A DNA stretch of 64,000 bases from an uncultured cyanobacterium (GCA_963706595.1 OY970166.1:416001-480000), one strand, 5' to 3'; numbered from the stretch's first letter, positions 1 through 9,991 are shown. Notes: generated from the letters alone by a model not told the origin. Numbers and translations: made by a program.

Positions 1-1798
1 CGATCGCTTCCGCAGTTTTGCGATTGTCTCCAGTCAACATTACTACTTCTAATCCTAGCTTTTGCAGTATTTTTACTGCTGCTGCTGACGATGATTTCAG
101 GGCATCAGCAATCCCCATAACTCCTTGGATTTCGCCATCTACAGCCATGAAAATCACTGTTTTAGCCGCAGTTTCCCAAGTATCTTTATATTCGTGGAGA
201 CTGTCAGTATTGATTCCCAGTTCTGACATCCAGCGTTGTGTCCCAATCTGCACCAAGCAATCTGAAACCACAGCTTGCACACCACTACCTGCGATCGCTG
301 CAAAATTATCAGCTTCAGTTAAACTCACCTCTTGAGATTGGGCATATCTTACCACAGCTTCAGCCAAGGGATGCTCAGAATTGCGTTCCACAGTAGCAGC
401 CAACTGTAAAAGCTGGAGTTCATTATGATTAGCCGTACCTTTGACAGAAACAAAATCTGTCACTGTGGGTTTTCCTTGAGTTAAAGTCCCAGTTTTATCG
501 AGAACAATAATTTGAATTTTGTGTGCTAGTTCTAAGCTTTGGGCATCTTTAATTAAAATACCATTTTCCGCCCCTTTGCCAGTGCCAACCATAATTGAAG
601 TCGGAGTAGCTAGACCTAAAGCACAAGGACAGGCGATAATTAATACACCCACCGTGGTCATGATGGCTAGGGTAAAGTTACCCATAAAATTAAACCAAAT
701 CACAAAAGTGGCGATCGCGATCGCAATTACAACAGGTACAAACCATCCCGTAACCTGATCTGCTAATCGTTGAATTGGCGCTTTAGAACCTTGGGCTTGC
801 TGCACAAGTTTGACAATTTGCGCCAAAAACGTATCATTTCCCACTCTTGTCGCCCGAAACTGAAAACTACCAGTTTTGTTAATCGTCGCCCCAATCACCT
901 CATCCCCAGGATGCTTCTGCACAGGTAAACTTTCACCAGTTACCATCGCCTCATCAACCGTAGAAGTACCAGTAATCACCTCACCATCTACCGGAATCTT
1001 TTCCCCAGGGCGCACCAAAATCACATCATTGATTCTGACTTCCGTAATCGGAATATCCATTTCCACGCCATCACGGATGACTCTAGCATTTCTCGGTTGT
1101 AGTCCCATGAGTTTGTGAATAGCTTCAGAAGTTTTTCCCCTGGCGCGATGTTCTAACAACCGCCCCAGCAAAATTAAAGCAATCACAATCACTGAAACTT
1201 CATAATACACATGAGGTATCAAACCCTGAGCCATAAAAAATCCAGGGAAGAGAGTCACAAATACAGAATAGAGAAATGCTGCACTTGTACCCACAGCCAT
1301 CAAAGTATCCATTGTTGCTGTATGGTGTTTCAGGGCTTTCCAACCATTCACATAAAAACTCCATCCACACCAGAATTGTACAGGTATAGTCAACACTAAC
1401 TGCACCCAATAATTATGGAGAAATGCGGGAATAAACGGCACATTTAACCCAGTCATCATGGGTATGGAACCGACAAACATGATCATCCCAATCACACCCC
1501 CCACAATCACCTTGCGGGTAATTTCTCGGTCTTGGGCTAACTTACTGGCTTTCTCAGTTTCATCTTCTCCAGCCAGAATGTCTTTTTGCGGTAAATAAGA
1601 AGAGTATCCCGCAGCATCGATAGCGGCTTGAATTGTCTTTAAATCAGTACGTTTTCGGTCATAATTAATTGTGGCTTGCTCAAAACCAAAGTTAACGTTA
1701 CAGTCAGTCACCCCTGGAACCGAGCGAATTGCTTGGTCGATATTATTCGCACAGGAGGCGCAACTCATACCTTTGAGTTTGAGTGTGAGAGTATCCAT
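1..1798 (-). CDS. pacS: Copper-translocating P1B-type ATPase (3' end outside window)
   Basis: ATG at 1798 reads [16 protein letters not shown] (metal-binding domain). Downstream are ACPCALG, DKTGTLT, SEHPLA and TGES motifs. Absent from the ORF track because the stop lies outside the window. Confidence 0.93.
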   Translation of the reverse strand, partial: MDTLTLKLKGMSCASCANNIDQAIRSVPGVTDCNVNFGFEQATINYDRKRTDLKTIQAAIDAAGYSSYLPQKDILAGEDETEKASKLAQDREITRKVIVGGVIGMIMFVGSIPMMTGLNVPFIPAFLHNYWVQLVLTIPVQFWCGWSFYVNGWKALKHHTATMDTLMAVGTSAAFLYSVFVTLFPGFFMAQGLIPHVYYEVSVIVIALILLGRLLEHRARGKTSEAIHKLMGLQPRNARVIRDGVEMDIPITEVRINDVILVRPGEKIPVDGEVITGTSTVDEAMVTGESLPVQKHPGDEVIGATINKTGSFQFRATRVGNDTFLAQIVKLVQQAQGSKAPIQRLADQVTGWFVPVVIAIAIATFVIWFNFMGNFTLAIMTTVGVLIIACPCALGLATPTSIMVGTGKGAENGILIKDAQSLELAHKIQIIVLDKTGTLTQGKPTVTDFVSVKGTANHNELQLLQLAATVERNSEHPLAEAVVRYAQSQEVSLTEADNFAAIAGSGVQAVVSDCLVQIGTQRWMSELGINTDSLHEYKDTWETAAKTVIFMAVDGEIQGVMGIADALKSSSAAAVKILQKLGLEVVMLTGDNRKTAEAI

Positions 1799-1992
1799 AT
1801 TAAGTAAACCACTGTGACTGATGTCGGGTGTTGAAGCAGCAGTTGCATCCATCAGATGAATGCAACATAAACGTTAGCGTAGCTTGCCGAAGGCTACCAC
1901 AGAGGCGCAGAGGAAACGGAGTTAAGAGGGTTTGAGAGGTTTTTGGCGTTTAGTGGTTGAGTATTTTTTTATTTGTCAGTCCCTGTTCAGCT

Positions 1993-2187
1993 TTAAGCCA
2001 CTGGATAGCCAGCAGCCGCTAACGCCTCCTTAATTGCTGTTTCTGACGCTTGAGTTTCTACGCTCACAAATTTGGTTTGTGGATCAGCCTGAATGGTAGC
2101 ATTGGCATCAACTGTTTTCACTGCATTGGTAATGTTGGTTGCACAAGCAGAACAAGCCATATTGGGAACTGTCAGTTTGAGTATCAT
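1993..2187 (-). CDS. atx1: Copper chaperone (HMA domain, Atx1/CopZ-like), 64 aa
   Basis: MILKLTVPNMACSAC...AAAGYPVA with MxCxxC motif, directly upstream of the Cu ATPase. Confidence 0.9.
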   Translation of the reverse strand: MILKLTVPNMACSACATNITNAVKTVDANATIQADPQTKFVSVETQASETAIKEALAAAGYPVA

Positions 2188-2315
2188 AAATTTACGGTAT
2201 GGAATAAAAGAACGATCAAAACCAAGCTTGTATCTGCCCAATTGCAGCCTGCAAAGCTAACTCAGCCATGCAATTTGGCTTTTACTGATGACTAGCGGAG
2301 ATTTACCTTATATTC

Positions 2316-2347
2316 ATCCTAAACTCTCTAGCCAACTAGAGAGTCTA
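2316..2347 (-). promoter_or_regulatory. MerR/CueR-type promoter-operator for the atx1-ATPase operon
   Basis: Perfect inverted repeat ACTCTCTAG-ccaa-CTAGAGAGT (2323-2344) spanning the spacer between TAGACT (-35) and TAGGAT (-10). The 20-bp spacer is typical of MerR-family promoters. Confidence 0.75.
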
Positions 2348-2488
2348 TCAGAATTTACAAATCTTCAAAATTAAGATCATGTTCATGCGAACTAGAGATA
2401 AAACCTGAAAAAGGCTTTGCAGCGTGAGGGAGTTAACAAAGCACAATTTGGTCATAAATTCACAAATTTCAGCAGATCAAGTATATGT

Positions 2489-2624
2489 CAATACGCTTGG
2501 TGTTAAGAAAATTGTAGGTTGGGTAGAACGAAGTGAAACCCAACAAAGTCATGCAAATGTTGGGTTTCGTTCCTCAACCCAACCTACTTAGACGTTGACT
2601 TTTAGGCTTAACTGAACTGTATTG
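2489..2624. mobile_element. MITE with 10-bp target-site duplication
   Basis: TIRs CAATAC...TTAAG / CTTAA...GTATTG, flanked by AAGTATATGT at 2479-2488 and 2625-2634. Internal GTAGGTTGGGT..ACCCAACCTAC palindrome. Confidence 0.85.
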
Positions 2625-2682
2625 AAGTATATGTATAGCAACCGCCAAGGAAGGTTAAGACATAAACGGATAATCAAATTTA

Positions 2683-2854
2683 GAGGATATTTGAAAAGTT
2701 TTGGGCGAATATAATTCGCTACTACACAAGCAAAGTCCACCTGCGTGGACTAATGAAAAATTCAGGTTTTTAACCCGCGCAGGCGGGTTTTGTTTGTATA
2801 GCCGCGACTTCTAGTCGCCAGGGCTGTAATAAATTAGACTTTTCAAACAACCTC
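2683..2854. mobile_element. MITE (GAGG..AAAAGT TIR family)
   Basis: TIRs GAGGATATTTGAAAAGT / ACTTTTCAAACAACCTC with TA flanks. Same TIR family as 3374-3536. Confidence 0.75.
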
Positions 2855-3096
2855 TAAAGAGGTTTTGACTTCAAATCAGCAACGCCTGATTTCTGATAGC
2901 TTGTGTATTTCATCAACATCAAGAACTCCGAAGAATGCAATTCAACGGGGATCTAAGACTCTCGGTGTTGGCAAAGTATGAAGGATTAGATACATTCAAA
3001 AAGTCTACTACTGCTCATCAAAATTGCAGTCTTCGCCATAGCTAAACTTGTATGGACATATCTGAAAGTTGAGAGAAATTGACCCAAACTTTCAAG

Positions 3097-3149
3097 AAAA
3101 AAGGCTTGGATAAACCAAGCCCTTATGTATACCAAGCATTTACTACACC
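3097..3149 (-). ncRNA. Putative sRNA, array cassette A
   Basis: GATGA (3181-3185)-N19-TAAATT (3156-3161) promoter. Body GGTGTAGTAAATGCTTGGTATA, then terminator GGCTTGG-tttat-CCAAGCC-T6. Confidence 0.7.
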
Positions 3150-3249
3150 AATAATAATTTAATCTTTCTATGCCTTTAGTTCATCCTCCTATAGGATGTG
3201 TGCAAATAGCCGAAAACCTGATAAGTCAATAAATGGTTTATTTAACCAT

Positions 3250-3305
3250 AAAAAAAGGTTTGGCTATGAACCAAACCCTGATTATTGCTGTGCTTAACAA
3301 CGTAC
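3250..3305 (-). ncRNA. Putative sRNA, array cassette B
   Basis: GATGA (3339-3343)-N18-TACAAT, with TATAAT adjacent. Terminator GGTTTGG-N7-CCAAACC-T7. Upstream box split by a MITE. Confidence 0.65.
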
Positions 3306-3373
3306 TAAATTATAATTGTAAATTACTCTTTTTAAAATTCATCTTCCTTTAGTCAGTGGTCAAATATTATTAA

Positions 3374-3536
3374 GAGGTTGTTTTAAAAGTAGTTGGCTGT
3401 AATGTTAAGCACGATTTGATCCCCCCTAGCCCCCCTTTTTAAGGGGGGAACTAGAATCAAAGTCCCCCTTTTCAAGGGGGATTTAGGGGGATCTATAATA
3501 TTTTGCTACCGACAATAAGACTTTTAAAACATCCTC
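3374..3536. mobile_element. MITE inserted in the cassette B promoter
   Basis: TIRs GAGGTTGTTTTAAAAGT / ACTTTTAAAACATCCTC, TAA duplicated at 3371-3373 and 3537-3539. Internal CCCCC/GGGGG hairpins. Confidence 0.85.
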
Positions 3537-3592
3537 TAAGACTAATATGTGATTTTCTCTTGTGTTAATTCCATTCATCTATCAAAAGTATG

Positions 3593-3643
3593 AAAAAGGC
3601 TTGAACAAGAGCCAAGCCTTTATATACCAGGTGTTTACCATAT
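3593..3643 (-). ncRNA. Putative sRNA, array cassette C
   Basis: GATGA (3675-3679)-N19-TAAATT (3650-3655). Body ATATGGTAAACACCTGGTATA, terminator GGCTTG..CAAGCC-T5. Confidence 0.7.
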
Positions 3644-3845
3644 TCAGCTAATTTATAGATAAACTTATCTCATTTCATCTGTCTTAAAGTTGTGTACAAA
3701 TACTCTTAAATGTGATACTAAGCCTTGTATAGCTATAAACAAAATTTTACAAAAAATCTATACATATTGCTAATAAATTTATTCATCCTCTGGTAATATG
3801 TCATCTGATTTTAATCAAAATCTCATGAAAATTAGTTTTTCTCAC

Positions 3846-3900
3846 AAAGAAAACCCTGGCGTTGATTCCAGGGTAGATATATGTTTTTCAGGCATTAATG
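3846..3900 (-). ncRNA. Putative sRNA, array cassette G (divergent)
   Basis: Degenerate motif at 3932-3936, N19, TAGTAT (3907-3912), TATCA box at 3971-3975. Terminator ACCCTGG-N8-CCAGGGT-TTTCTTT. Confidence 0.55.
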
Positions 3901-4039
3901 AACTGAATACTAACACGAACAAAAAGTTATTTACCCTACCTATCGATATACAGGAAATGAATCTTATCTATGATAGGGTGACAAGATATTTTTTTTCCAT
4001 TAACTAAAAACTTGAGTAAGGCTCTCAGTTAAAACACAC

Positions 4040-4092
4040 AAAATAGGCTTGACTTTCGAGCCAAGCCTATATATACCAAGAGTTTACCATAT
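4040..4092 (-). ncRNA. Putative sRNA, array cassette D
   Basis: GATGA (4124-4128)-N19-TAAACT (4099-4104). Body ATATGGTAAACTCTTGGTATA, terminator TAGGCTTG..CAAGCCTA-TTTT. Confidence 0.7.
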
Positions 4093-4259
4093 TGTATTAG
4101 TTTAATTATGATTATACTAAATTTCATCTATCTATAGGTCATATCTAAATTTCTGGAAATATGATAATAATTTAGATTTATACAAGAAATTATTTTGGTA
4201 TTATTTAAACATCCATGATACTAATGGCAATTCATCAATTAGTGATTACATAGATTATA

Positions 4260-4420
4260 TATAGGACTCATATTTGATTTATGAAACACACGTAGGATGT
4301 GTTATCGAGGAGATTACGACACCAAGACTCAGAAGACGGTGCGTTAGGTTAAAGCCATAACACACCCTACATATACTACATATACTTAGATTTTTTCAAT
4401 AATCAAATCGGAGTCCTATA
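4260..4420. mobile_element. MITE (TATAGGACTC TIR family) containing a REP-like palindrome
   Basis: TATAGGACTCATATTTGATT ... AATCAAATCGGAGTCCTATA. Related copy at about 18612-18738. Confidence 0.75.
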
Positions 4421-4494
4421 CATACGAAATTTTATCTTGATGAAGAAATACATTTTATTATAAGTATTCATGCGAACATGATATGATTTTATAT

Positions 4495-4541
4495 AAGAAA
4501 GGCTTGGTTTACTGCCAAGCCTCAGTAGAAGTAGAATCTAT
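4495..4541 (-). ncRNA. Putative sRNA, array cassette E
   Basis: GATGA (4573-4577)-N19-TAAATT (4548-4553). Body ATAGATTCTACTTCTACTG, terminator AGGCTTGG-N7-CCAAGCCT-TTCTT. Confidence 0.68.
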
Positions 4542-4635
4542 CAAAATAATTTAGCTATTTGAATGGCATTATTCATCATCCAATAGGAAGTTTACAAATA
4601 TTTTACAAGGTGATATGGCTCGAATCTGTGAGCAT

Positions 4636-4689
4636 AAAAAGGTTTAGCATTTAGCTAAACCTCCATAGAAAGCAGTTATTCGACACACC
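4636..4689 (-). ncRNA. Putative sRNA, array cassette F
   Basis: GATGA (4721-4725)-N19-TAAATT (4696-4701). Terminator GGTTTAGC-N5-GCTAAACC-T5. Confidence 0.68.
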
Positions 4690-4899
4690 AAGATTAATTT
4701 AAACCTACCGTTTATTAGGGTCATCTTGCTACGGGATGTGTTTAACTATGTTGTAATATGATATGACGTTACTTGAACAAAGCTTATAGCCCATAAATCC
4801 TCTGGTAATTTTCTTAATACCAAGTTAAAATTACTTTTGAATTGCGTCCATAAAACCCCAGTTCATCCTCACCAAGATGGTAAATTATACACAACTACA

Positions 4900-6426
4900 C
4901 TAACTTGCAGGAACTAAATCAGTTAATATGAGCCTAAATGTTGTCCATCCCTCACTGCTTTCAACTTGAATAGTTCCTTGGAGTTTTTCAACTAACTTCT
5001 GCACTATAGATAACCCTAATCCTGTACCACCTTGATTCCAAATGTCAGCATTAGGGAGGCGATAAAATTTATCAAAAATTCGCGATAATTCGGCTGTGGG
5101 AATTTCTAAGGAATTACTAATAGTAATGATAGTTTTGGCGGGTATTTCCGAGGAATTATGATCTATACTCAGGATGATTTCGCCACCAGCCGGAGTATAT
5201 TTGCAGGCGTTATTGAGTAATTCTGCTAAAATTCTCTCTAAGCTAGTACCGTCTGAGAACAGCGATGGCAGATTTGAGGGCAGATTTAATTGTAAAATTT
5301 GCTGATGTTCTTGAACACGGACTTGAAACGGCTCAATTACCCAAGGTATCCATTGTTCTAAGAGTAAGACATCTGGAGTAATCAACGGACGGACTTCAGA
5401 TTCTAAGCGTTGTAAGTCTAGTAAATCATTAATTAGTGCCATTTCGCGATCGCACTCAATTTCCAACATTTCCAAATAGCGCTGATTTTCTTCAGGTGTG
5501 ATAGACAGTTGTAACATTTGAATCATCACCTTCATATTGCTCAGAGGCGATCGCAACTCGTGAGACAATAAATTCAAGAACTCATTTTTGAGTTCATTGA
5601 TTTCTGCCAATTGTTCTAAAAGTTGCTCTTGCTCAACTTGCTTTTGACGAGCCTCCATCGCCTGTTTGCGCTCAGTCACATCTCGGAAAATTAATACAGC
5701 ACCCGTAATCCGATCTTGATCATCTTTAATGGGTGCAGCACTGTCATCAATGGGAATCTCTGCACCATTTCGCGAAATCAGAATTGTTTCTGCTGGTAAA
5801 CCAACGACAGTCCCCTGTTGCAGGACTTTTGTGATCGGACTTTCTATAGGCTCGTGAGTTTCTCCATGAGCAATATTGAATACTTCTGATGAATTTTTCC
5901 CACAAGCTTCTTCCTGTTTCCAACCAGTGAGACTTTCAGCCACAGGATTCATAAAAGTGATCAATTCCTCAAAGTCGCTAGAAATTACTCCATCACTGAT
6001 ACTATTCAAAAGTGTAGTTAACCATTTTTGATGCGTTTTTAATTGTTTTTCTAAGTGATGTTTAGTCAGCGCTATTTCAATATTTATTTGTAGCTCTCTT
6101 TCTTTAAAAGGTTTTAGTAAATAGCCAAAAGGCTCAGTTACTTTGGCTCGATCTAAAGTTTTATCATCAGCATAAGCCGTGAGATAAATTATGGGAATAT
6201 CCAAATATTTGTGAATTTCATGAGCTGCTTCTATCCCATCCATTATCCCTTTTAATCTAATATCCATTAGCACTAAATCTGGACAAAATTCTAGAGATTT
6301 ATTAATTGCTTCTTGTCCTGAAGAAGCAATACCAGAAACTATGTAACCAAATTTTTGTAGCCGATTACGTAAATCTTTAGCAACAATAGCCTCATCTTCT
6401 ACTATGACAATTTTTACGTTTTTCAT
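4900..6426 (-). CDS. Hybrid response regulator-PAS-histidine kinase
   Basis: N-terminal receiver (VEDE, DLVLMD, KPF), PAS domain, HisKA (SHELRSPL), HATPase (NNACKY, GGTGLGL). Confidence 0.93.
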   Translation of the reverse strand: MKNVKIVIVEDEAIVAKDLRNRLQKFGYIVSGIASSGQEAINKSLEFCPDLVLMDIRLKGIMDGIEAAHEIHKYLDIPIIYLTAYADDKTLDRAKVTEPFGYLLKPFKERELQINIEIALTKHHLEKQLKTHQKWLTTLLNSISDGVISSDFEELITFMNPVAESLTGWKQEEACGKNSSEVFNIAHGETHEPIESPITKVLQQGTVVGLPAETILISRNGAEIPIDDSAAPIKDDQDRITGAVLIFRDVTERKQAMEARQKQVEQEQLLEQLAEINELKNEFLNLLSHELRSPLSNMKVMIQMLQLSITPEENQRYLEMLEIECDREMALINDLLDLQRLESEVRPLITPDVLLLEQWIPWVIEPFQVRVQEHQQILQLNLPSNLPSLFSDGTSLERILAELLNNACKYTPAGGEIILSIDHNSSEIPAKTIITISNSLEIPTAELSRIFDKFYRLPNADIWNQGGTGLGLSIVQKLVEKLQGTIQVESSEGWTTFRLILTDLVPAS

Positions 6427-6440
6427 GATGCAACCAGTAT

Positions 6441-8371
6441 TTATACTAGGGGAAAATCGATTTGAAATTCTACTCCGATATCGCTATTAATAGTGATATC
6501 TCCTGAGAGTTGACTACTTAAAGCATCGATTAGTTGCCAGCCTAATGATGCTATATTGTTAAAATCAAACTTGGGTGGTAAACCAATGCCATTGTCCCTA
6601 ACTATAAGTGAAATCTCATTCAGCGAAATATTTTGGATTTCAATGTTAATTTTACCCGACCTACCTCCAGGAAAAGCATATTTTAGAGCATTAGAGACAA
6701 GTTCATGAATAATTAAACTACAAGGAATTGCTGTATCTAAACCCAGCGAAATGCCATCATCAACCTGAATATATACATCAATCAAATCTGTATTTAATTC
6801 GTAGGAAGTGCATAAACTTGAGACTAAATCTTGGACATATTCATTTAAATTGATTTTGGCTAAATCTGGTGATTGATACATCTTTTCATGAACTAAAGCC
6901 ATTGAGGCGATGCGCTGCTGACTTTGCTGAAATATTGCCATATCTTTGGCATCTTCGATATATGCAGATTGCAAGTTTAGTAGGCTAGAAATAACTTGTA
7001 AATTGTTTTTAACTCGATGGTAAATCTCTTTTAACAGCACTTCTTTTTCTAGAAGTGATGCTTGAATTTGCTCATTTGACTGCTTGCGATCGCTAATATC
7101 TTCGACAACAGAAATAAAGTAATTTGGCTTACCAGAAGGTTCGCGCATTAAAGACACTGTGAGATTAATCCAGACGATGGAACCGTTTTTACGGAAATAG
7201 CGTTTTTCCAGAGAATAATTTGAAATCTCACCTGCTAACATCTGATTAATATGATCAATATCAATCTCCAGATCATCTGGGTGGGTAATATCCTGGAAAG
7301 TGAGAAACTGTAGTTCTTGGGATGTGTACCCAACAATATCACAAAGCTTCTGGTTAACCAATTGCCACTGTCCATTCGTGCCTACATGAGCAATCCCAAC
7401 AGCCGCTTGATGAAATGCTGCGCGAAATTGCTGTTCGCTTTCTCTTAATGCATTCTCAATTCGCTGGCGTTCGGTGATTTCTATTTGTAGTGAATCGTTG
7501 ATTTTTGTTAACTCAACTGTTCGTTGTTCAACTATATTTTCTAGTTGATCTAGTAGATTACTTAAAGCCACCTCTGCTTGCTTGCGCTCAGTAATATCAG
7601 TATGTGAACCTACCATCCGAACTACATTACCATTTTCATCCCACAGCCCTTGACCCCGATCCAAAATCCATTTGTAAGTCCCGTCTTTACATAAAACTCG
7701 ATGCTCGTTAGTGTAAAACGGTGTGATCTTAGAAAAATGATTTTGAACTGCTGTCAGCACCATGTCACGGTCATCTGGATGCACCCGCGTCATACGTTCA
7801 TTTAAGTAATTGGCAATCTCATGTTCTTCATAACCGAGCATTTCTTTCCAGCGCGTCGAAAAGAAAACCTCACTGGTCTTCACATTCCAATCCCAAATAC
7901 CATCATTATTACCACGTAAAGCTAACTGCCAGCGTTGCTCAGTTTCTCTTAGCACCTCTTCTGTGCGTTTGCGTTCAGCAATCTCCTTTGCTAGTTGGGC
8001 ATGACTGGGAAGGCTCAGGGCTTTAGGTATTAATGGGAACAATTCTATAGCTGTCAAAACAGACACAAAAGCCGTGATAGCTTTGATTAACCCAGATAGC
8101 CAATAAGTAGGATGCCAAAGCGTCCACACATCCATAACATGGGTTGTACCGCAAGCAACAATAAATGTGCTAAACATGAGCAATATCCCCCGAAAAGGAA
8201 TATCTCTTCGTTTGCGGACAAAATAGACCAGCATGACTGGAATAGAATAGTAAGCAAGGGCAGTTAAGGAATCAGAAATAACGTGTAACCAGACTAATCC
8301 CGGTTTCCAGAGATAGCAATGTCCGTGAGGAATAAACTGGGTAGGAAAAAAAAATTATCTAGAAGTTCCAT
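6441..8371 (-). CDS. Sensor histidine kinase with ethylene-receptor-like (ETR1-type) transmembrane domain, 2 PAS and HisKA_2; 1-nt frameshift near the 5' end
   Basis: The frame upstream of ORF-track Met 8234 reads [13 protein letters not shown]...[14 protein letters not shown], then ACGTTH; later [11 protein letters not shown]. The natural ATG at 8371 is out of frame at an A9 run (8346-8354). Confidence 0.85.
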
Positions 8372-8651
8372 GAAAAAACCTACTTACGGTGAGCATTCGC
8401 TGAAAAACGAAATTTAAACAGAGCTTATGGTGGAGTTCTCTGATGATGCTGATATTCCTTAATTCTGGGTACTTTTTAGTTTTCGACTAATTGTGTCATA
8501 TTTATTGTGATTAATATGACTTGTTACCATAATTGTGATTATGCTAATTTACTTTGTTAATTGTTCTAAAAAATACGGAATTTTTCAATAGTGAATTTAC
8601 TTAATTTTTCAGCACAGCATATTTTCGATTATTAATATTTTTTATGTTTTT

Positions 8652-9434
8652 TTAAGTTTTAAAATGTCTGGCTAACATATTCAATAGAATTTTGCGTGGT
8701 ACTAATCGAGCCAATGTACTTCTAATTTGAGTTTTAATATCACCCATAACAAGTGTTGGTTGAGAGTTTGCTAAAGCCTTTAATGATTCACGCACAACTT
8801 CCTCAGAAGAATAAGCCTTATCTGTATTTCCTGCTAAAGTTGTCGGAAAGTTAGCTTCTACAAAAAAGTTGGTTTCTATGGGACCTGGACAAGTAGCTAG
8901 AACCCGAACACCATAGGGACGATTTTCTGCCCAAAGTGCTTCACTAAAACTGAGAATAAAAGCTTTACTAGCAGCATACACAGAAAGATAGGGTATTGGT
9001 TGAAATGCTGTAATCGAAGATACGTTAATAATGCCTCCTGAATGACGTTGCCGCATGAGAGGCAGAAATTTATGGGTTAAATCTACCAACGCCAAAACGT
9101 TAAGTTGAATAATTTTTATTTGCCGTTCTCTGTCACTTGCGGCAAAATCACCATAGTCACCAAAACCAGCATTATTGATTAATAAATCAATCGTTAATCC
9201 TTGACTTTTAGTAGCATCAAACACAGCCGCAGGTGCATCAAGCTCTGTTAAATCTTTAACTATAACATCTACTTGAATTTGGTATTGGTCTTGTAATTGT
9301 TTTGCTAGTTGATTAAGCTTTTCTGCGGAACGAGAAACTAAAACTAGGTTTGTCTGCCGTGCGGCTAATTCCTCAGCAAAGGCTTTACCTATCCCACTAG
9401 ATGCACCTGTTATTAAAGCAGTTAGCATTCTCAA
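8652..9434 (-). CDS. Short-chain dehydrogenase/reductase (SDR)
   Basis: TGASSGIG, NNAG and YAASK motifs. Likely start at 9428. Confidence 0.93.
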   Translation of the reverse strand: MRMLTALITGASSGIGKAFAEELAARQTNLVLVSRSAEKLNQLAKQLQDQYQIQVDVIVKDLTELDAPAAVFDATKSQGLTIDLLINNAGFGDYGDFAASDRERQIKIIQLNVLALVDLTHKFLPLMRQRHSGGIINVSSITAFQPIPYLSVYAASKAFILSFSEALWAENRPYGVRVLATCPGPIETNFFVEANFPTTLAGNTDKAYSSEEVVRESLKALANSQPTLVMGDIKTQIRSTLARLVPRKILLNMLARHFKT

Positions 9435-9757
9435 TATTGAAGAATTTATTATTAATATTATAATTTTTTAAAATAGTTTCTACAAGTTTTAACTATTCAA
9501 ATTTATTGAAGAATGAAGATAAAAAATAGACTCAGTATTCAGTTGGGGCTGACACACACGTAACAAAATAACGCACAGCAAAAAAGAACGCATACACCAA
9601 AAAATCGGAGTTTATGAAAGTTTTTGAGTCAGTCTTGCTAGTGTATTTTTTGGGGAAGGCTGGGAAATCCTCACCTCAGCAGAGGTACAAATAATACTTT
9701 TAGCACCACAGAACAGCCCGCCGTGCATCTATGGACTGACGGCATGAAAATTAATAT

Positions 9758-9786
9758 TTGCTTTCCTGTGAAATATATGTTATCTT
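9758..9786 (+). promoter_or_regulatory. Sigma70-type promoter of tRNA-Val
   Basis: TTGCTT-N17-TATCTT with extended TGn, 18 nt before the tRNA. Confidence 0.55.
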
Positions 9787-9804
9787 AGGTTTTCGTGTGG
9801 TTAA

Positions 9805-9879
9805 GGACGTATAGCTCAGTTGGTTAGAGCGCTACGTTGACATCGTAGAGGTTCCTCGGTTCGAGTCCGAGTACGTCCA
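9805..9879 (+). tRNA. trnV: tRNA-Val(GAC), CCA not encoded, atypical 6-nt variable loop
   Basis: Acceptor GGACGTA/TACGTCC, D-arm GCTC/GAGC, anticodon arm CTACG-TTGACAT-CGTAG, T-arm CTCGG-TTCGAGT-CCGAG. Confidence 0.96.
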
Positions 9880-9991
9880 TTAATAACCCTCTAGTACACA
9901 GCTTGGGGGTCTTACTTTTCCCTGTATTGGCTTAGGTTTAACTCTAGGTTAACCCTGCTGTATGATGCCATAATCACTCATCAGAGAACCA

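Noticed and set aside
18..1409. Short ORFs from the track
   Set aside because: Antisense or alternate-frame shadows of the Cu ATPase gene.
3798..4007. 69-aa ORF inside the array
   Set aside because: No RBS or recognisable motif, and it is antisense to cassette G; likely spurious.
3097..4763. CRISPR array interpretation of the repeated units
   Set aside because: Repeats are not identical, spacing is irregular, each unit has its own promoter and terminator, and there are no cas genes in the window.
4780..4885. Possible eighth sRNA cassette (GATGA at 4863-4867 with CTTGGTAT in the body); similar partial boxes at 3783 and 4232
   Set aside because: No -10 at the conserved spacing, no distal TATCA box and no clear terminator; at most degenerate relics.
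9836..9848. Group I intron in the tRNA anticodon loop
   Set aside because: The tRNA is contiguous and the endonuclease gene lies outside it.
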